In this document: positions 40,287-51,373 of the stretch, piece after piece
Layout: each line of letters begins with the position of its first letter
How positions within the stretch are numbered: position 1 is the stretch's first letter
Notes under the pieces: generated by a model
What the model was told of the DNA's origin: nothing
The model's input: the letters and a program-made list of their open reading frames with translations, nothing else
The model's database searches: none
Program-made: the position numbers and the translations under genes
NCBI GenBank assembly: GCA_963663385.2
Contig: CAXXXD010000002.1
Span: 1,280,001-1,344,000 of the forward strand
Source of the DNA: Oceanispirochaeta sp.
GTDB lineage: Bacteria; Spirochaetota; Spirochaetia; DSM-2461
DNA length: 64,000 nt
Direction: 5' to 3'

Positions 40287-41347
40287 GATTTACTATACCT
40301 TATTCGAGGATCGACAAGAGCAAGTAAAATATCTGCCAGTGTCATCCCTAAAAGAACCAGAAATGAGATAAACATTATATTGGTTAAAACTAGATTTATA
40401 TCTTCCTGTAAGACTGCTTCATACATTAGTCTTCCCAGACCAGGATAGGAAAAAATAATTTCCAGAATCAAAGAACCAGAGAATAAACTGGCTAGTAGAT
40501 TGGCGCTGCTGGTTATATAGGGATTCAATGTATTCCGGAAGGCATGAGAGAAATAGACTCTGTACTCGCTAATTCCCCGTGCTCTTAATGCCGTAATATA
40601 GGGCTGCCCCAGCTGATCCAGCATAGTGGCCCGTATCATTCTCATTGTTCCTCCTATACCGCCAAGAAAAGCCGCCAGAAGCGGGAGGAATATGTGATAA
40701 AGATAGGAAAAGGTGAAGGCTACCGGGGCTTCGCTATAGGGGAATCCCGGATAGGCTGTCACAGGGAACCAACCGGTAATGGCAGCCATCAGCTGAAGAA
40801 GAATTAATAGAAGAATACCTGGAAATGAGTGCAAAAACAGAGCAATGAATGTGGCGGCCAGATCCGTTTTTGTTCCAACTTTTGAGGAAAAATAGATTCC
40901 CAGCGCAAAGGAGATAACTGTTAGAAAAACAAGAGATATCATGTTCAGGATCAGTGAATTCCGGAGCCTGTCTTTTATCAGGAACAGAATTGGAGCACGA
41001 CTGATCATGGATTTACCCAAATCCTGTTTAACTATGACTTGATTCAGCCAGTTGAAATATTGCCTGTAAAAGGGCTTGTCCAAACCCAGTCGTGCTTTTT
41101 CAGCGGCTATTATTTCCGGGCTGATCAGATTATTCTCTCCACGGTATTCAGTCATATTCATTATTTGGTTCTTTACATAATTATCAACGATATCTCCTGG
41201 AGAGAGTGCCATTAAACCAAATACGGCAAAACCGAGTATGAAAAGCAGTGTTGCCATTGATATGATCCTGAGAAGAATAAACGATATAAGGGGATTCTTC
41301 TTCTGAAAGACGTAATAGCCTTGAATGATTTTATTTGATTTTTTCAT
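40283..41347 (-). CDS. Oligopeptide ABC transporter permease (OppB-like)
   Basis: LGLDKP, YITALRARG, DILLALVDPRIR. Confidence 0.92.
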   Translation of the reverse strand: MKKSNKIIQGYYVFQKKNPLISFILLRIISMATLLFILGFAVFGLMALSPGDIVDNYVKNQIMNMTEYRGENNLISPEIIAAEKARLGLDKPFYRQYFNWLNQVIVKQDLGKSMISRAPILFLIKDRLRNSLILNMISLVFLTVISFALGIYFSSKVGTKTDLAATFIALFLHSFPGILLLILLQLMAAITGWFPVTAYPGFPYSEAPVAFTFSYLYHIFLPLLAAFLGGIGGTMRMIRATMLDQLGQPYITALRARGISEYRVYFSHAFRNTLNPYITSSANLLASLFSGSLILEIIFSYPGLGRLMYEAVLQEDINLVLTNIMFISFLVLLGMTLADILLALVDPRIRYSKS

Positions 41348-43176
41348 TAGTTAAATTCTTTTAAATAGACTTTTTCAGGTTCAAGTCCGCCAAACCCCGA
41401 CAGGACATCATAGGTTACGTTTTCCCACTTATCCTTGACTGCTGCAAAGGAAATCCCATGAAAAAGGTATATAAGGGGCAGTTCTTCCAATAGAATGGAC
41501 TGGTACTCATCCCAGATCGGTTTTGCCTGTTCATCATCAACAGTATAGGTTCCCGTTTCATACAATTCATCAATACGTGCTTCCCAATCGGTCGCTGGTG
41601 TTTCCTGCAGAGGTCGCCATATATGGAAATTCCCTTTTGACGGCCAGACATTGCTTCCGGATGTGGGCCAGTAGTTAGATCCCAGGGAAACCATTACAGA
41701 TTGCCAGTCGTAAGAATTCATTATCATATCAACCATTTTCTGAAAATCGATGGGTTTTATATTAATTGTGATTCCGATTTTAGAAGCCTCATCGGCCAGA
41801 ATATTGGCTAAATCAATTCCTGATGAACCTTCGATCCCCATATTCAAATCAAATATAATCTGATTCCCCGAAGAATCGGTCATTTTCCCCTCATCATTCG
41901 GTTCTATGCCTATCTCTGATAACAGTCTTATGGCTCTTTCCGGATCATAGGTGTAAGCCATTTTAATTGACTCGTCATAAAAGGGGTTGGCAGTCGCAAA
42001 AAAATGCAGGGCAGGTTCTGCCAACCCCCGATAGACCTGACGTATTATCCTGTCTCTGTTAAGAAGGCAACTGATGGCCTGTCGGAATTTTTTTTGAGTA
42101 AACCAGGAATAGTACTTCTCATCCAGATTATCAGGATTCTGGTTGAAGGTTATGAATCCGGCAACCAGACTTGAGCCCCCGTTGTAAACCGAATAATCTT
42201 TGTCTTCTGTCATTACAAGTTCTTCCAAATCTTCTGCCCGTGCTCCATAAGCTTCTGTTTCACCATTTTTAAAAAGCAGAAATTGTGTATTATCATTAGG
42301 AACTATTTTGAGAATCCTTGTTTCAATATAAGGGAGCTGAACTCCCTGAGCATCTTTTTTCCAGTACCAGGGATTCCTTGTTTTTACTACACGGACTCCG
42401 GGTGTGTACTCAGTAATATGGTAGGGGCCCATTGATGGTATTTCCCTAACATCCGTGTCTATGCTGAATAGCTCCAGCAATCCTTCAACTCCTTCCTCCT
42501 CTTTAACTTTCTGATATATATACCGGGGCCCAAAGGACATATTTGTACTGAGAATCGGGTTGGCGATAACTCTGGGAATATGGAAATAAAATGTTCTCTG
42601 GTTGATTCTATATATATCTATCCGTTCTTCCCTGCCATCAGGCATGGTTACGAATTGTCCCGGATAACCCGGAAGCTGCAGTTTGGGATCTCCATTGATT
42701 TCATCATACCAGAATATGACATCTTCTGAGGTTACTTTTTCTTTTACAGAACCGTCGGATGTTGTCCAGAACAGATCGTCCCTCAATGTATAATAGACAT
42801 CAAGTGTACCATCAGTATTTTCTCTTACATCGGCTTCGGCTATATTAGAATAAAATTCTCTTTTATAGGGATCATACCCCTGTAAATTCTGAAATAAATC
42901 ATTCAGAACATCTCCTGTTGTCCCATCTCTGGCTGTTAGGGTATTGAACGTTTTGGGGTCGGAAGTTATTGAACTATGCCATGTTCCCCCTGGTGCTCCC
43001 GCCTTATATGCCTGTCCACCCGGCCTGGTTATGGTACGGGATAAGAGGTCCCCCTTGTTTTCCTCTTTCAGGGTTTCCGCCTCTTCCAGTGTCATCTCCT
43101 GTTCCTGTTTTCCGCAGGCGGAAAATAATAACAGAATTGAACCGAGCAAAATAAGAAATCCTTTTCTGATTGTCAT
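41347..43176 (-). CDS. Oligopeptide ABC transporter substrate-binding lipoprotein (family 5)
   Basis: Lipobox LLFSAC; DPKTFN, GPY, RNPWYWK. Confidence 0.9.
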   Translation of the reverse strand: MTIRKGFLILLGSILLLFSACGKQEQEMTLEEAETLKEENKGDLLSRTITRPGGQAYKAGAPGGTWHSSITSDPKTFNTLTARDGTTGDVLNDLFQNLQGYDPYKREFYSNIAEADVRENTDGTLDVYYTLRDDLFWTTSDGSVKEKVTSEDVIFWYDEINGDPKLQLPGYPGQFVTMPDGREERIDIYRINQRTFYFHIPRVIANPILSTNMSFGPRYIYQKVKEEEGVEGLLELFSIDTDVREIPSMGPYHITEYTPGVRVVKTRNPWYWKKDAQGVQLPYIETRILKIVPNDNTQFLLFKNGETEAYGARAEDLEELVMTEDKDYSVYNGGSSLVAGFITFNQNPDNLDEKYYSWFTQKKFRQAISCLLNRDRIIRQVYRGLAEPALHFFATANPFYDESIKMAYTYDPERAIRLLSEIGIEPNDEGKMTDSSGNQIIFDLNMGIEGSSGIDLANILADEASKIGITINIKPIDFQKMVDMIMNSYDWQSVMVSLGSNYWPTSGSNVWPSKGNFHIWRPLQETPATDWEARIDELYETGTYTVDDEQAKPIWDEYQSILLEELPLIYLFHGISFAAVKDKWENVTYDVLSGFGGLEPEKVYLKEFN

Positions 43177-43274
43177 AATGTAGGCCTCCCTGAGTCGAGA
43201 TAATCTTTTCTTATATGAATTCTAATATATTGTTATCTTAGAAATCGGCAAAAAAGGAAGGTTTTCTGAATATT

Positions 43275-45323
43275 TTACTGCCTTTCTGTCTGTTTCGGAA
43301 AGCTTATCAGGAATTCGGCTCCCCCGTTCTGACAATCCGTGCATTCAATAGTACCTCCCAGTTTTTCTGTTACCAGTTTATAAACCTTATGCAGTCCCAA
43401 TCCGATTTTTCCGCTGTAACGGTCGGTTGTTGTAAAAGGCTCAAAGAGTACTTCCAGCATTTCTGTCGAAATTCCCACTCCGTTGTCCCTGTACTCGATA
43501 AGACCGATTCTGTCGTTATCCGGATCACTGCTCAGGGTTATGGTTATTATTTTGTCCTCCACCATCTCCCGGGGAAAAGCATGTTCCCTGGAGTTCATCA
43601 GGATGTTGGTCAGTATTCCGTAAAATATCGCTTTGGAGGAGGAAACAGACAGGTGATCCCCTGAAAGCCTTATGGTAATCCTGTCTTCGGAAAAATTCTT
43701 CCTGTATGTTCCGATTAACTCTTCGATATAATCGTACAGGTTGAATTCGCTGAGAATCAGCTGGTCCCCGCTCCCCGATATAGTTTTAAAATTATCCACA
43801 AGCGAGGCCGCTCTTTTCAGATTATCAATCGTTAATGCCATCCCTTCATCAAAATTCTGCAGACACTCCTCCAGTTCCTCCTGAGTCAGGGAATCATCGG
43901 CCAGATCCTGTTCCACGTTCTGCATTTTATGGGCCACATGGGTTGAACTGGTAATGGCAATTCCCAGAGGCGTATTAATCTCATGTGCCATCCCGCTCAA
44001 AAGAGAGCCTATGGCTGCCTGTCTCTCCTGATTTATCAACTGGTTCTGTGTGCGATGAAGGCGTCCCAGAGTCGTTTTAAGTGAATCATTGATTTCTGCC
44101 AGTTCCATTGTTCTTTCTTCGACTCTCCTGTCCAGCATATCCCTTTCTTCCCGCAGTATTTTCTGTGTCGAATGAAGCTTCAGATTAGTTTGCTGTAAAA
44201 GGGCGATCATAAGAATCAGGATAATAATGAAAACAAGAATACCCAGAAGTTCCGTTTTATAGGTGTAGAATATCGTGTCGGGCTGATTAATAAGGGTATA
44301 TCCGGCGGGCAGCCTTTTTTGAGAGATATTAAATTCAAGGAGTTTGTTATAATCAAAAACATCGGTATGAGGGGTCTCCCATATAATCTTAACCTTACCG
44401 GCATCTCCCGCTTTCAATGCTTTAACAGCCTGTTCGGCTGCCATCCTGCCCTGTTCAAATCCGCTTACCAGATGTCCTCCGATAATCCCCTCTCCCAAAG
44501 AGAAATCCCAGGTTCCCACAACCGGAACTTCATCAGCCGCTTCTGATATCCGCCGGGTGCTTTCATCATATTCAAGAAAATTTCCTATGCTGTCATGGAA
44601 AAAATAGGTAAAAAAAACAACTGACGAATCATCCAGAGCATCCAGAGTCTTTTCCAGATCCTGGATGGCAATATCCTGAAGGATGGTAATGGAATCAAAC
44701 CGGTCCCTGAAAATATTGCTTCCCGCCTTAAGTTCACGGTACATGATCTGACCGGTGCTTGATATATCTGTAATACAGACCAGATTCTTCCTGTCGGGAA
44801 ATATCTTCCGGATCATGCTGAAACTGCCGGCTATATCGGGATTTTCGTTCACTCCGGTCATATTGGGGTCCTGGGCAGGAAGGGACGGATCCAGGTAATT
44901 TACACCGCAGAATACAACGGGTATGTCCGGAAACGTTTTCCGTCCATACAAGTTGAAAAAATCGAAAGCATAATTGTCCGCTGTTATAATCAGGCTATAG
45001 GCAGATTCATCATGTTTGGCTTTCAGGATTTTATCAAGAAGGTCAAGATACGTCTCGGGGGAGATCCCCCCCGTACCCATATAGCGTTTTGTATCCATAT
45101 ACTCAATCCGGATATCAGCCTGCTCTCCCAGGATGCTCAGAACCCCGCGTGTAATATCATCAGTCCATTTATACCCCTGATGGTAGGAGTGAAGGAGAAG
45201 AATCTGTGGTTTCCTGTTTTCCCGTTCCTGTGAAGACAGAGGGGACGGCATTACAGCTGATAAAAACATGAAAAAGAGAATGGATAAGGAAAATCCTGTT
45301 TGTCTGCGTGCGCTATACTTCAC
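43275..45323 (-). CDS. Sensor histidine kinase with periplasmic ABC-substrate-binding-like domain
   Basis: LLHSYHQGYKWTD N-terminal domain; H-box GMAHEINTPLG; DNGVG, FEPFTTT, GLGL. Confidence 0.9.
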   Translation of the reverse strand: MKYSARRQTGFSLSILFFMFLSAVMPSPLSSQERENRKPQILLLHSYHQGYKWTDDITRGVLSILGEQADIRIEYMDTKRYMGTGGISPETYLDLLDKILKAKHDESAYSLIITADNYAFDFFNLYGRKTFPDIPVVFCGVNYLDPSLPAQDPNMTGVNENPDIAGSFSMIRKIFPDRKNLVCITDISSTGQIMYRELKAGSNIFRDRFDSITILQDIAIQDLEKTLDALDDSSVVFFTYFFHDSIGNFLEYDESTRRISEAADEVPVVGTWDFSLGEGIIGGHLVSGFEQGRMAAEQAVKALKAGDAGKVKIIWETPHTDVFDYNKLLEFNISQKRLPAGYTLINQPDTIFYTYKTELLGILVFIIILILMIALLQQTNLKLHSTQKILREERDMLDRRVEERTMELAEINDSLKTTLGRLHRTQNQLINQERQAAIGSLLSGMAHEINTPLGIAITSSTHVAHKMQNVEQDLADDSLTQEELEECLQNFDEGMALTIDNLKRAASLVDNFKTISGSGDQLILSEFNLYDYIEELIGTYRKNFSEDRITIRLSGDHLSVSSSKAIFYGILTNILMNSREHAFPREMVEDKIITITLSSDPDNDRIGLIEYRDNGVGISTEMLEVLFEPFTTTDRYSGKIGLGLHKVYKLVTEKLGGTIECTDCQNGGAEFLISFPKQTERQ

Positions 45324-45472
45324 ATTTACTATTATAGGATAAATCAGGGACGAATTTTACGGAAAATCTTAATATAGGATATTTTCACCTTCCAGTTCGA
45401 AGCGGGGCTGTGTTTTCTGTTGTCGAGTATGGGGAGATTGATAGGGGTTTGGAGACTGAGAGGCGGCTTGAA

Positions 45473-47440
45473 TCACTCCTGGACTGCTGCCAGCTCTTCA
45501 GCCGCTTCCTCCCAGCGGAGGGTTAACTCCTCCTGTCTGGCTTCCAGTTCCATTATCCTGGCATTGACCTCTTTGGCTCTGTCCGCGTCGGAGTACACTT
45601 CAGGTGTTCCCATCTGCTCATGACAGTCGGCCAGCTCCGTTTCGCAGGCATCCAGCTCTTCCATCAGAGCAGCTTCAGTCCGTTCCAGACGGCGGATTTC
45701 AGCTTTTCTTTTTTTATCTTTCTCCCGGCTCTCTCTGGCAGAGAACTCCTGCATTACAGAGGACAGCTCCTCATTTTTTAACGGACCGGACAGGGACGAT
45801 TCCCGAGGCGCTGGCCCGTTATCGCCGCAGTTTTCTTTTTTCCAGCGGTAGTACTCGTAATCCCCTTCAAAATATTCAGCTTTTCCCGGTGTCAGTTCCA
45901 TAACGGAACCGGCCAGCTTTTCTATAAAATACCGGTCGTGAGAGACAAACACCAGAGTTCCCTCATAGCGGGAGAGGGCATCCAGCAGAACATCCTTGGA
46001 GTGAATATCCAGGTGGTTGGTAGGCTCATCCAGGATAAGAAGGTTTACCGGTTTTAAAAGCAGTTTCAGCAGGGCCAGGCGATTTTTCTCCCCACCGCTC
46101 AATACGGCGCACTTTTTGAATATATCATCATCGCTGAAAAGGAAAGCCCCCAGCATACTCCTTAATCTGGGGATCATTTCGGTAGGGGCTTCTTCCTCCA
46201 GTGTTTCCAGAACGCTCAAAGCCGGATTAAGCACAAGGTCCTGATCCTGACTGAAGTACCCTATTTTCACATCTGTACCCAGCTTGCAGATACCGGAAAA
46301 ATCCCTGTCTTCCCCGCTGATTATACGCATAAGAGTACTCTTTCCCGCCCCGTTCACACCGGCCAGGTTCAGTCTGTCACCCTTCCGGATTTCAAGGTTG
46401 ACATCCTTGAGAACATGATGATCACCGTAGCTCTTGTTGATTCCTTCCAGGGTCATTACTTTCTTCCCTGAATGGGGGGGAGGGGGAAAGGTGAAATGTA
46501 TCTTTTTCATATTGGAAGGGAGTTCTATCCTCTCCATTTTTTCAAGCATCTTAATACGGCTCTGAACCTGGGATGCCTTGCTGTCCTTATAGCGGAAACG
46601 GCGGATGAAATCCTCTATCCGGGCTATCTCCTCCTGCTGCTGGACATAGAGCTTTTCCAGCTGTTCCAGTTCCAGTCTCCGCCTGGCTTCATAGGTGCTG
46701 TAGTTCCCCTTGTATACCTTCAGGGTGCCCTGAAAAAGTTCCGCTGTCTCTTTACTTACCCTGTCCAGAAAAAAACGGTCATGGGAGACAACCAGAACGC
46801 CACCGGGAAATCCGGCCAGGAATTCCTCCAGCCAGTCTCTTGCCTCCAGATCCAGGTAGTTTGTCGGTTCGTCCAGCAGGAGGACATCAGGCATCTCCAG
46901 CAGAATTCTGGCCAGGGCAATACGCATCTGCCATCCGCCGGAAAAAGTTCCCGTGTCCCTGTCCAGGTCGTCCGGGGAAAACCCCAAACCTGTCAGAACC
47001 CTGTAGATCATGGCTTCCCTTTCGTAATATCCGCTGGCTGTAATCATCTCCTGAATTTCATGATGTCTCTCAAGGAGGTTTGCCATCTTTGAATCTTCAC
47101 CGGGCAGTTCGGTCATTCGAAAGGCAATTTCGTCCCGTTCCACCTCAAGATCCGCAATATGGGAGTAGGCTGTTTCCACTTCATGCCGCAGACTCCTGTC
47201 CTTATAGGTCAGCCCCGACTGGGGCAGGTACCCTATTCGGGCGCTTCTGGACTGGGACCGCTCTCCCAGATCGCTTTCGATCAGACCGGCAATAACCTTC
47301 ATGAATGTGGTTTTACCGCTTCCGTTCGCGCCGGCAAGGGCAATTCTGGATTTATGGGAAAGGTTGATATGGACGTTTTTAAGGATATCCCTGTCTCCGA
47401 AGGCGAGGGATACACCGCTCAGTTGGACGAATGCACTCAT
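45473..47440 (-). CDS. ABC-F family ATP-binding protein
   Basis: Two ABC domains (GANGSGKTT, FSGGWQMR, DEPTN; GVNGAGKST, LSGGEK), no TM segments, coiled-coil tail. Confidence 0.93.
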   Translation of the reverse strand: MSAFVQLSGVSLAFGDRDILKNVHINLSHKSRIALAGANGSGKTTFMKVIAGLIESDLGERSQSRSARIGYLPQSGLTYKDRSLRHEVETAYSHIADLEVERDEIAFRMTELPGEDSKMANLLERHHEIQEMITASGYYEREAMIYRVLTGLGFSPDDLDRDTGTFSGGWQMRIALARILLEMPDVLLLDEPTNYLDLEARDWLEEFLAGFPGGVLVVSHDRFFLDRVSKETAELFQGTLKVYKGNYSTYEARRRLELEQLEKLYVQQQEEIARIEDFIRRFRYKDSKASQVQSRIKMLEKMERIELPSNMKKIHFTFPPPPHSGKKVMTLEGINKSYGDHHVLKDVNLEIRKGDRLNLAGVNGAGKSTLMRIISGEDRDFSGICKLGTDVKIGYFSQDQDLVLNPALSVLETLEEEAPTEMIPRLRSMLGAFLFSDDDIFKKCAVLSGGEKNRLALLKLLLKPVNLLILDEPTNHLDIHSKDVLLDALSRYEGTLVFVSHDRYFIEKLAGSVMELTPGKAEYFEGDYEYYRWKKENCGDNGPAPRESSLSGPLKNEELSSVMQEFSARESREKDKKRKAEIRRLERTEAALMEELDACETELADCHEQMGTPEVYSDADRAKEVNARIMELEARQEELTLRWEEAAEELAAVQE

Positions 47441-47473
47441 AATCAGGGATTGTACTGCTTTTTTCCGGGGACT

Positions 47474-49483
47474 TCAATCATACTCAAACAGAGGAATAAG
47501 GCATGTCTTTTCAAAATCATCCGCTTCCATGGGTTTATGAAAGTAATATCCCTGAAAGAGGTTGCAGCCGTTGACACTCAGAAAATCAACCTGTTCCGAA
47601 TTTTCCACTCCCTCTGCAATAACCGAGTAGTTCAGGTTGTGAGCCAGGTCTATTATGGACCGGACAATACAGCCGGCAGATGACTGACGGGGTATTCCGT
47701 CAATAAAGGATTTATCTATTTTCAGGGTATCCAGCGGGTAGGATCCCAGTCGGGTCATGGAGGAGTACCCCTTGCCGAAGTCATCAATGGAGATGGTAAT
47801 TCCCATTTCCTTCAGATCCTTCAGTTTTTCAATACAATCCGTCTCATTTTCCATAATGCCGCTTTCGGTTATCTCTATTCCGATCCATCGGGAGGACACA
47901 TCCGTTTCACCGATAATCCTTTTAATCTGTCTGGAAAAATCCTTCTGGCCAAACTGGCGGGGGCTGACATTTATGGTAATACGGAAAGGCTCATACCCCT
48001 TATCGGACCAGATTTTCGCCTGTCTGCAGACCATTTCAAAAATATGGTATCCCAGTGAGATGATTACGCCGCAGTCTTCTGCAATGGGGATGAAAAGATC
48101 CGGACGGACCGGACCCAGTACGGCCGAATCCCAGCGAAGGAGACTCTCAACACCTTTCAGCTTACCCGCTTTGTCGACCTTGGGCTGATAGACCATTCTG
48201 AATTCCCTGAGGGAGAGGGCATTATACAACTCATTCTCAATCCTGATGCGCTGGTTCATTTCATCCTGCATGGAAGAGTCGTACAGATTGAAACGGTTTT
48301 TTCCATCAGATTTTGCCTTATACATGGCTGCTTCCGATTTCTTTATCAATTCTGAAATGCTTTCACCATCATTGGGGTAGGTACAGATTCCCGCACTGGC
48401 TGTTATCTTGATCATCTGATCCCCGATTGTATAAGGCGATTCGAACAGGCTCTGTGTTTTCCGGATAATCTCCGGGATATTGTAGCTGGATTTAAGATCC
48501 GAAAGGAGAATCAGAAATTTATCTCCCATAAAACGGCAGATAAAATCATCATCCCGGAAGGATGTGTCTATTCTCATCCCCACATCCTGAAGAACCTGAC
48601 TCCCGATCTCGGTTCCATACAGATGGTTTACATTTTTAAAGGAGTCCAGTCCCAGGCACATGAGGGCGAAGATCTGTTTGCGGGAGGATGCTTTTTCCAG
48701 CTGTCCTCTGGCTCTCTCTTCAAAATGGATAAAATTGGGAAGCTGGGTCAGCTTGTCGTATTTTTCAAAAAAAGCCGCCTTCTGTTCAGACCGTTTCTTG
48801 TCTTCCTTGATTCTTGTCAGTTTCGTAATGGAATCGTTCAGCTGACGCATCAGAATCTGCTGCCGGGCTGTAATGGTATGCAGGAGTATCCCCACCAGCA
48901 TAAAGGAGGCAATATGTATGGACACCACATCCAGAGTGATGATCCTGTGTGAAAAGGTTTCCGAGCTGACCATTACGGGATATCCCTCCCTGCCGGCAAA
49001 AAAAAGCAGGATCAGGTATTCCAGACTGACAAGAGATCCCGCATAGAGGGGCACATAGGGCTGCTGGTATAAGCCGCTGATCAGAATGGGGATAAAGTAG
49101 GCCGACAGGGTTGCTGTCCGTGCGGTATGAACAAAGCCCTCCGTAAGGCTGTAACCCGCAATAACAATGGTAATTGCGGTTACCGCCGTAAAAATTGTCA
49201 GGTATTTGATTATTCCTGAGTGTTTATTGGCTCTGATAAAGAAATAAATGATCAGCGTATAGAGACTGAAGAACAGCAGCCCTGCCATATTGCTTGGCAA
49301 GCCGCCTGTTCTAAAAGAGGAATCTGAGAAAAGGAGCAGAAACATAATGAAACATAAAAAAGCTAATATGATTCGAAAGCTGATTTTAATAATCCGTTTT
49401 TCCGCATTTATCTCTTCATTTTTAAATATAAGACGGAGAATATCCGAATCATCCTGCCTGAGTCTACCAAAATCAAATTTCAT
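47474..49483 (-). CDS. Membrane GGDEF-EAL protein (MGDKF, ESL variants)
   Basis: About 5-6 TM segments, YDKLTQLPN, RFMGDKF, VESLLRW, DDFGKGYS. Confidence 0.9.
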   Translation of the reverse strand: MKFDFGRLRQDDSDILRLIFKNEEINAEKRIIKISFRIILAFLCFIMFLLLFSDSSFRTGGLPSNMAGLLFFSLYTLIIYFFIRANKHSGIIKYLTIFTAVTAITIVIAGYSLTEGFVHTARTATLSAYFIPILISGLYQQPYVPLYAGSLVSLEYLILLFFAGREGYPVMVSSETFSHRIITLDVVSIHIASFMLVGILLHTITARQQILMRQLNDSITKLTRIKEDKKRSEQKAAFFEKYDKLTQLPNFIHFEERARGQLEKASSRKQIFALMCLGLDSFKNVNHLYGTEIGSQVLQDVGMRIDTSFRDDDFICRFMGDKFLILLSDLKSSYNIPEIIRKTQSLFESPYTIGDQMIKITASAGICTYPNDGESISELIKKSEAAMYKAKSDGKNRFNLYDSSMQDEMNQRIRIENELYNALSLREFRMVYQPKVDKAGKLKGVESLLRWDSAVLGPVRPDLFIPIAEDCGVIISLGYHIFEMVCRQAKIWSDKGYEPFRITINVSPRQFGQKDFSRQIKRIIGETDVSSRWIGIEITESGIMENETDCIEKLKDLKEMGITISIDDFGKGYSSMTRLGSYPLDTLKIDKSFIDGIPRQSSAGCIVRSIIDLAHNLNYSVIAEGVENSEQVDFLSVNGCNLFQGYYFHKPMEADDFEKTCLIPLFEYD

Positions 49484-49554
49484 GATATTTCAATTTTAGT
49501 TTACCCGGGGCAGGATATCAAAGAAAGCTTTTGCCTTTTTGAACAGGCTTTCTC

Positions 49555-50931
49555 TTATTCTTCCGGTTCTTCCTCATTTGACTGAGCCTCATCTCCTTCC
49601 CTCTTTTCGTCAGCATTTACAAAGGCATTTTTGTCAGGGAAGGTGAAGTACATCTGGATGGGATCAAAGAACTGATCGGTTGTGACAACCCTGTCTTCGA
49701 TATAGCGTTCGTTCACATAGAGGAGAGACGCTCCGGCATCCCGGATGGAATAGAGGAAATCCGCCGCTTCGCCGCTGTCAAAACGGAAGGTCATAACACC
49801 GTCATAGTGACTCTGAATCCTGGTCTGGGGAAACATCTCAAAGCTTACACGGCCGCTGTTTCCGGCGGAGACTGTCAGAACCTGCTGGCTGATAAGGGAG
49901 GATTTATCAATCCAGGTGAATCGGCCGGAGTTTTCAAAAAGGATGGTGCCGTAGGCCTGGCTGCTCATCTCGGGACCGCGGGTTATAAAATCCTGAAGCA
50001 GCTCTTCCCGCCGCAGAACTTCATTTGCAATGACTTCGTTTACATCGCTGCTGATTTTAAGGAAAGCTTCGGATACTTCCAGACCCTCGTGCTTGTACTG
50101 AACCGATACAAAGTATTCACTGTTAATGGTTATCCGGAAGGAAGTTCCCGCAAAGTCATAGCGGTTGGCTCCAATTCTGGTTACGCTGTCGAAGTTTGCC
50201 TGAACAGCTCTTTCGGGTGTATTCAGAGTAATCGTACTGGTCGCCCGGTCAATAAAAAGCCCGTAATCCGGCTTGAACAGCTTCAGGTCAATCTGTTTCC
50301 GGGTCAGCATATCCTGAAAGTATTCAGGACGCCACTGGGTATCCAGAAAGGCTTCCAGCTGGGGATCAGAGGAGTCCTTCTCGTTCTGAACCACCATTTC
50401 CTGCTTATCGTTCAGACTGTAAACAGTCAGATAGGCGTCAAAACAGTACCCTTCCGCCCCGTCGTCCGTGAGAACTTCATACCAGTACCCGGTAAAGCGT
50501 CCCACTTCCATCTCTTCGCCCCTGCCCAGAACTTTGATCTCCTGACCTTCCCGGAGTTTGTATACCCTGTCAGAGGAGGCATCGGGCTTTTCCCGCATAG
50601 GGAGGCTGGCTTTATCAGTAAAGGCGTAAACCGACGCCCACTCTTTAAATTCGGCGGCAAACTCCTCGGCGGGAGCCGCTTTTTCAAAGAACTTCACACG
50701 CCAGGCGGGCAGCTCAAAACGGTCCTTTGTCCCCTTGATCTGGACAATATAGGATTTTCGGATCTGGGATTCCGAAAGGATATCCGTAACAGCGCCGGTG
50801 GGCAGGCCTTCCTGGTCGCTCCATACAATAACCCCATGGCCGACCCGGCGGCTGCAACCGCCAAGGGAAAGGATAAGGGATGTGAGAAATATGAAAAAGA
50901 GGATGTTTCGGGATCTCTGTTTTATCTGCAT
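49555..50931 (-). CDS. SH3-like domain lipoprotein
   Basis: Lipobox LSLGGC; LPMREKPD...WYEVLTDDGAEGYCF SH3b-like segment. Confidence 0.75.
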   Translation of the reverse strand: MQIKQRSRNILFFIFLTSLILSLGGCSRRVGHGVIVWSDQEGLPTGAVTDILSESQIRKSYIVQIKGTKDRFELPAWRVKFFEKAAPAEEFAAEFKEWASVYAFTDKASLPMREKPDASSDRVYKLREGQEIKVLGRGEEMEVGRFTGYWYEVLTDDGAEGYCFDAYLTVYSLNDKQEMVVQNEKDSSDPQLEAFLDTQWRPEYFQDMLTRKQIDLKLFKPDYGLFIDRATSTITLNTPERAVQANFDSVTRIGANRYDFAGTSFRITINSEYFVSVQYKHEGLEVSEAFLKISSDVNEVIANEVLRREELLQDFITRGPEMSSQAYGTILFENSGRFTWIDKSSLISQQVLTVSAGNSGRVSFEMFPQTRIQSHYDGVMTFRFDSGEAADFLYSIRDAGASLLYVNERYIEDRVVTTDQFFDPIQMYFTFPDKNAFVNADEKREGDEAQSNEEEPEE

Positions 50932-50992
50932 AATAATACCTTTGCTTTTTAAGAATCAATGGAAATTATTGTAGCCGTCTTTGGGTGACGGG

Positions 50993-51373
50993 TCAAACCC
51001 CTTTGTAGTGTTCAAAATGGGTAACCCTGCTGTTTCCTTCCAGCACGATACAGACTGCGTCCAGCCTGGCCTCTCCGTTGTAATGTTTAAAGGCCATATA
51101 CAGTTCTGCGGTTTTCCGCATCCTATTCAGTTTCTTCTGATTCAGGGTCTCTTCGGGCATCCCCCTGTCCCGGACGGATTTTGTTCTTACCTCCACAAAA
51201 ACAAGAGTTTCCCCTTCCCGGGCGAGAATATCGATATCCGAGTGGCCGATCCTTTCGTTACGGGCAATAACGGCATAACCCCTGTCGGTCAGATACTCCT
51301 CCGCCAGATCCTCTCCCCTGATACCCAGATCAATCTTCTCCCTACTTTTGCTTTCTCCATCATCCCTGTTCAT
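50993..51373 (-). CDS. yraN: YraN family endonuclease
   Basis: LGIRGEDLA, DIDILA...LVFVEVRT, RLDAV. Confidence 0.92.
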   Translation of the reverse strand: MNRDDGESKSREKIDLGIRGEDLAEEYLTDRGYAVIARNERIGHSDIDILAREGETLVFVEVRTKSVRDRGMPEETLNQKKLNRMRKTAELYMAFKHYNGEARLDAVCIVLEGNSRVTHFEHYKGV

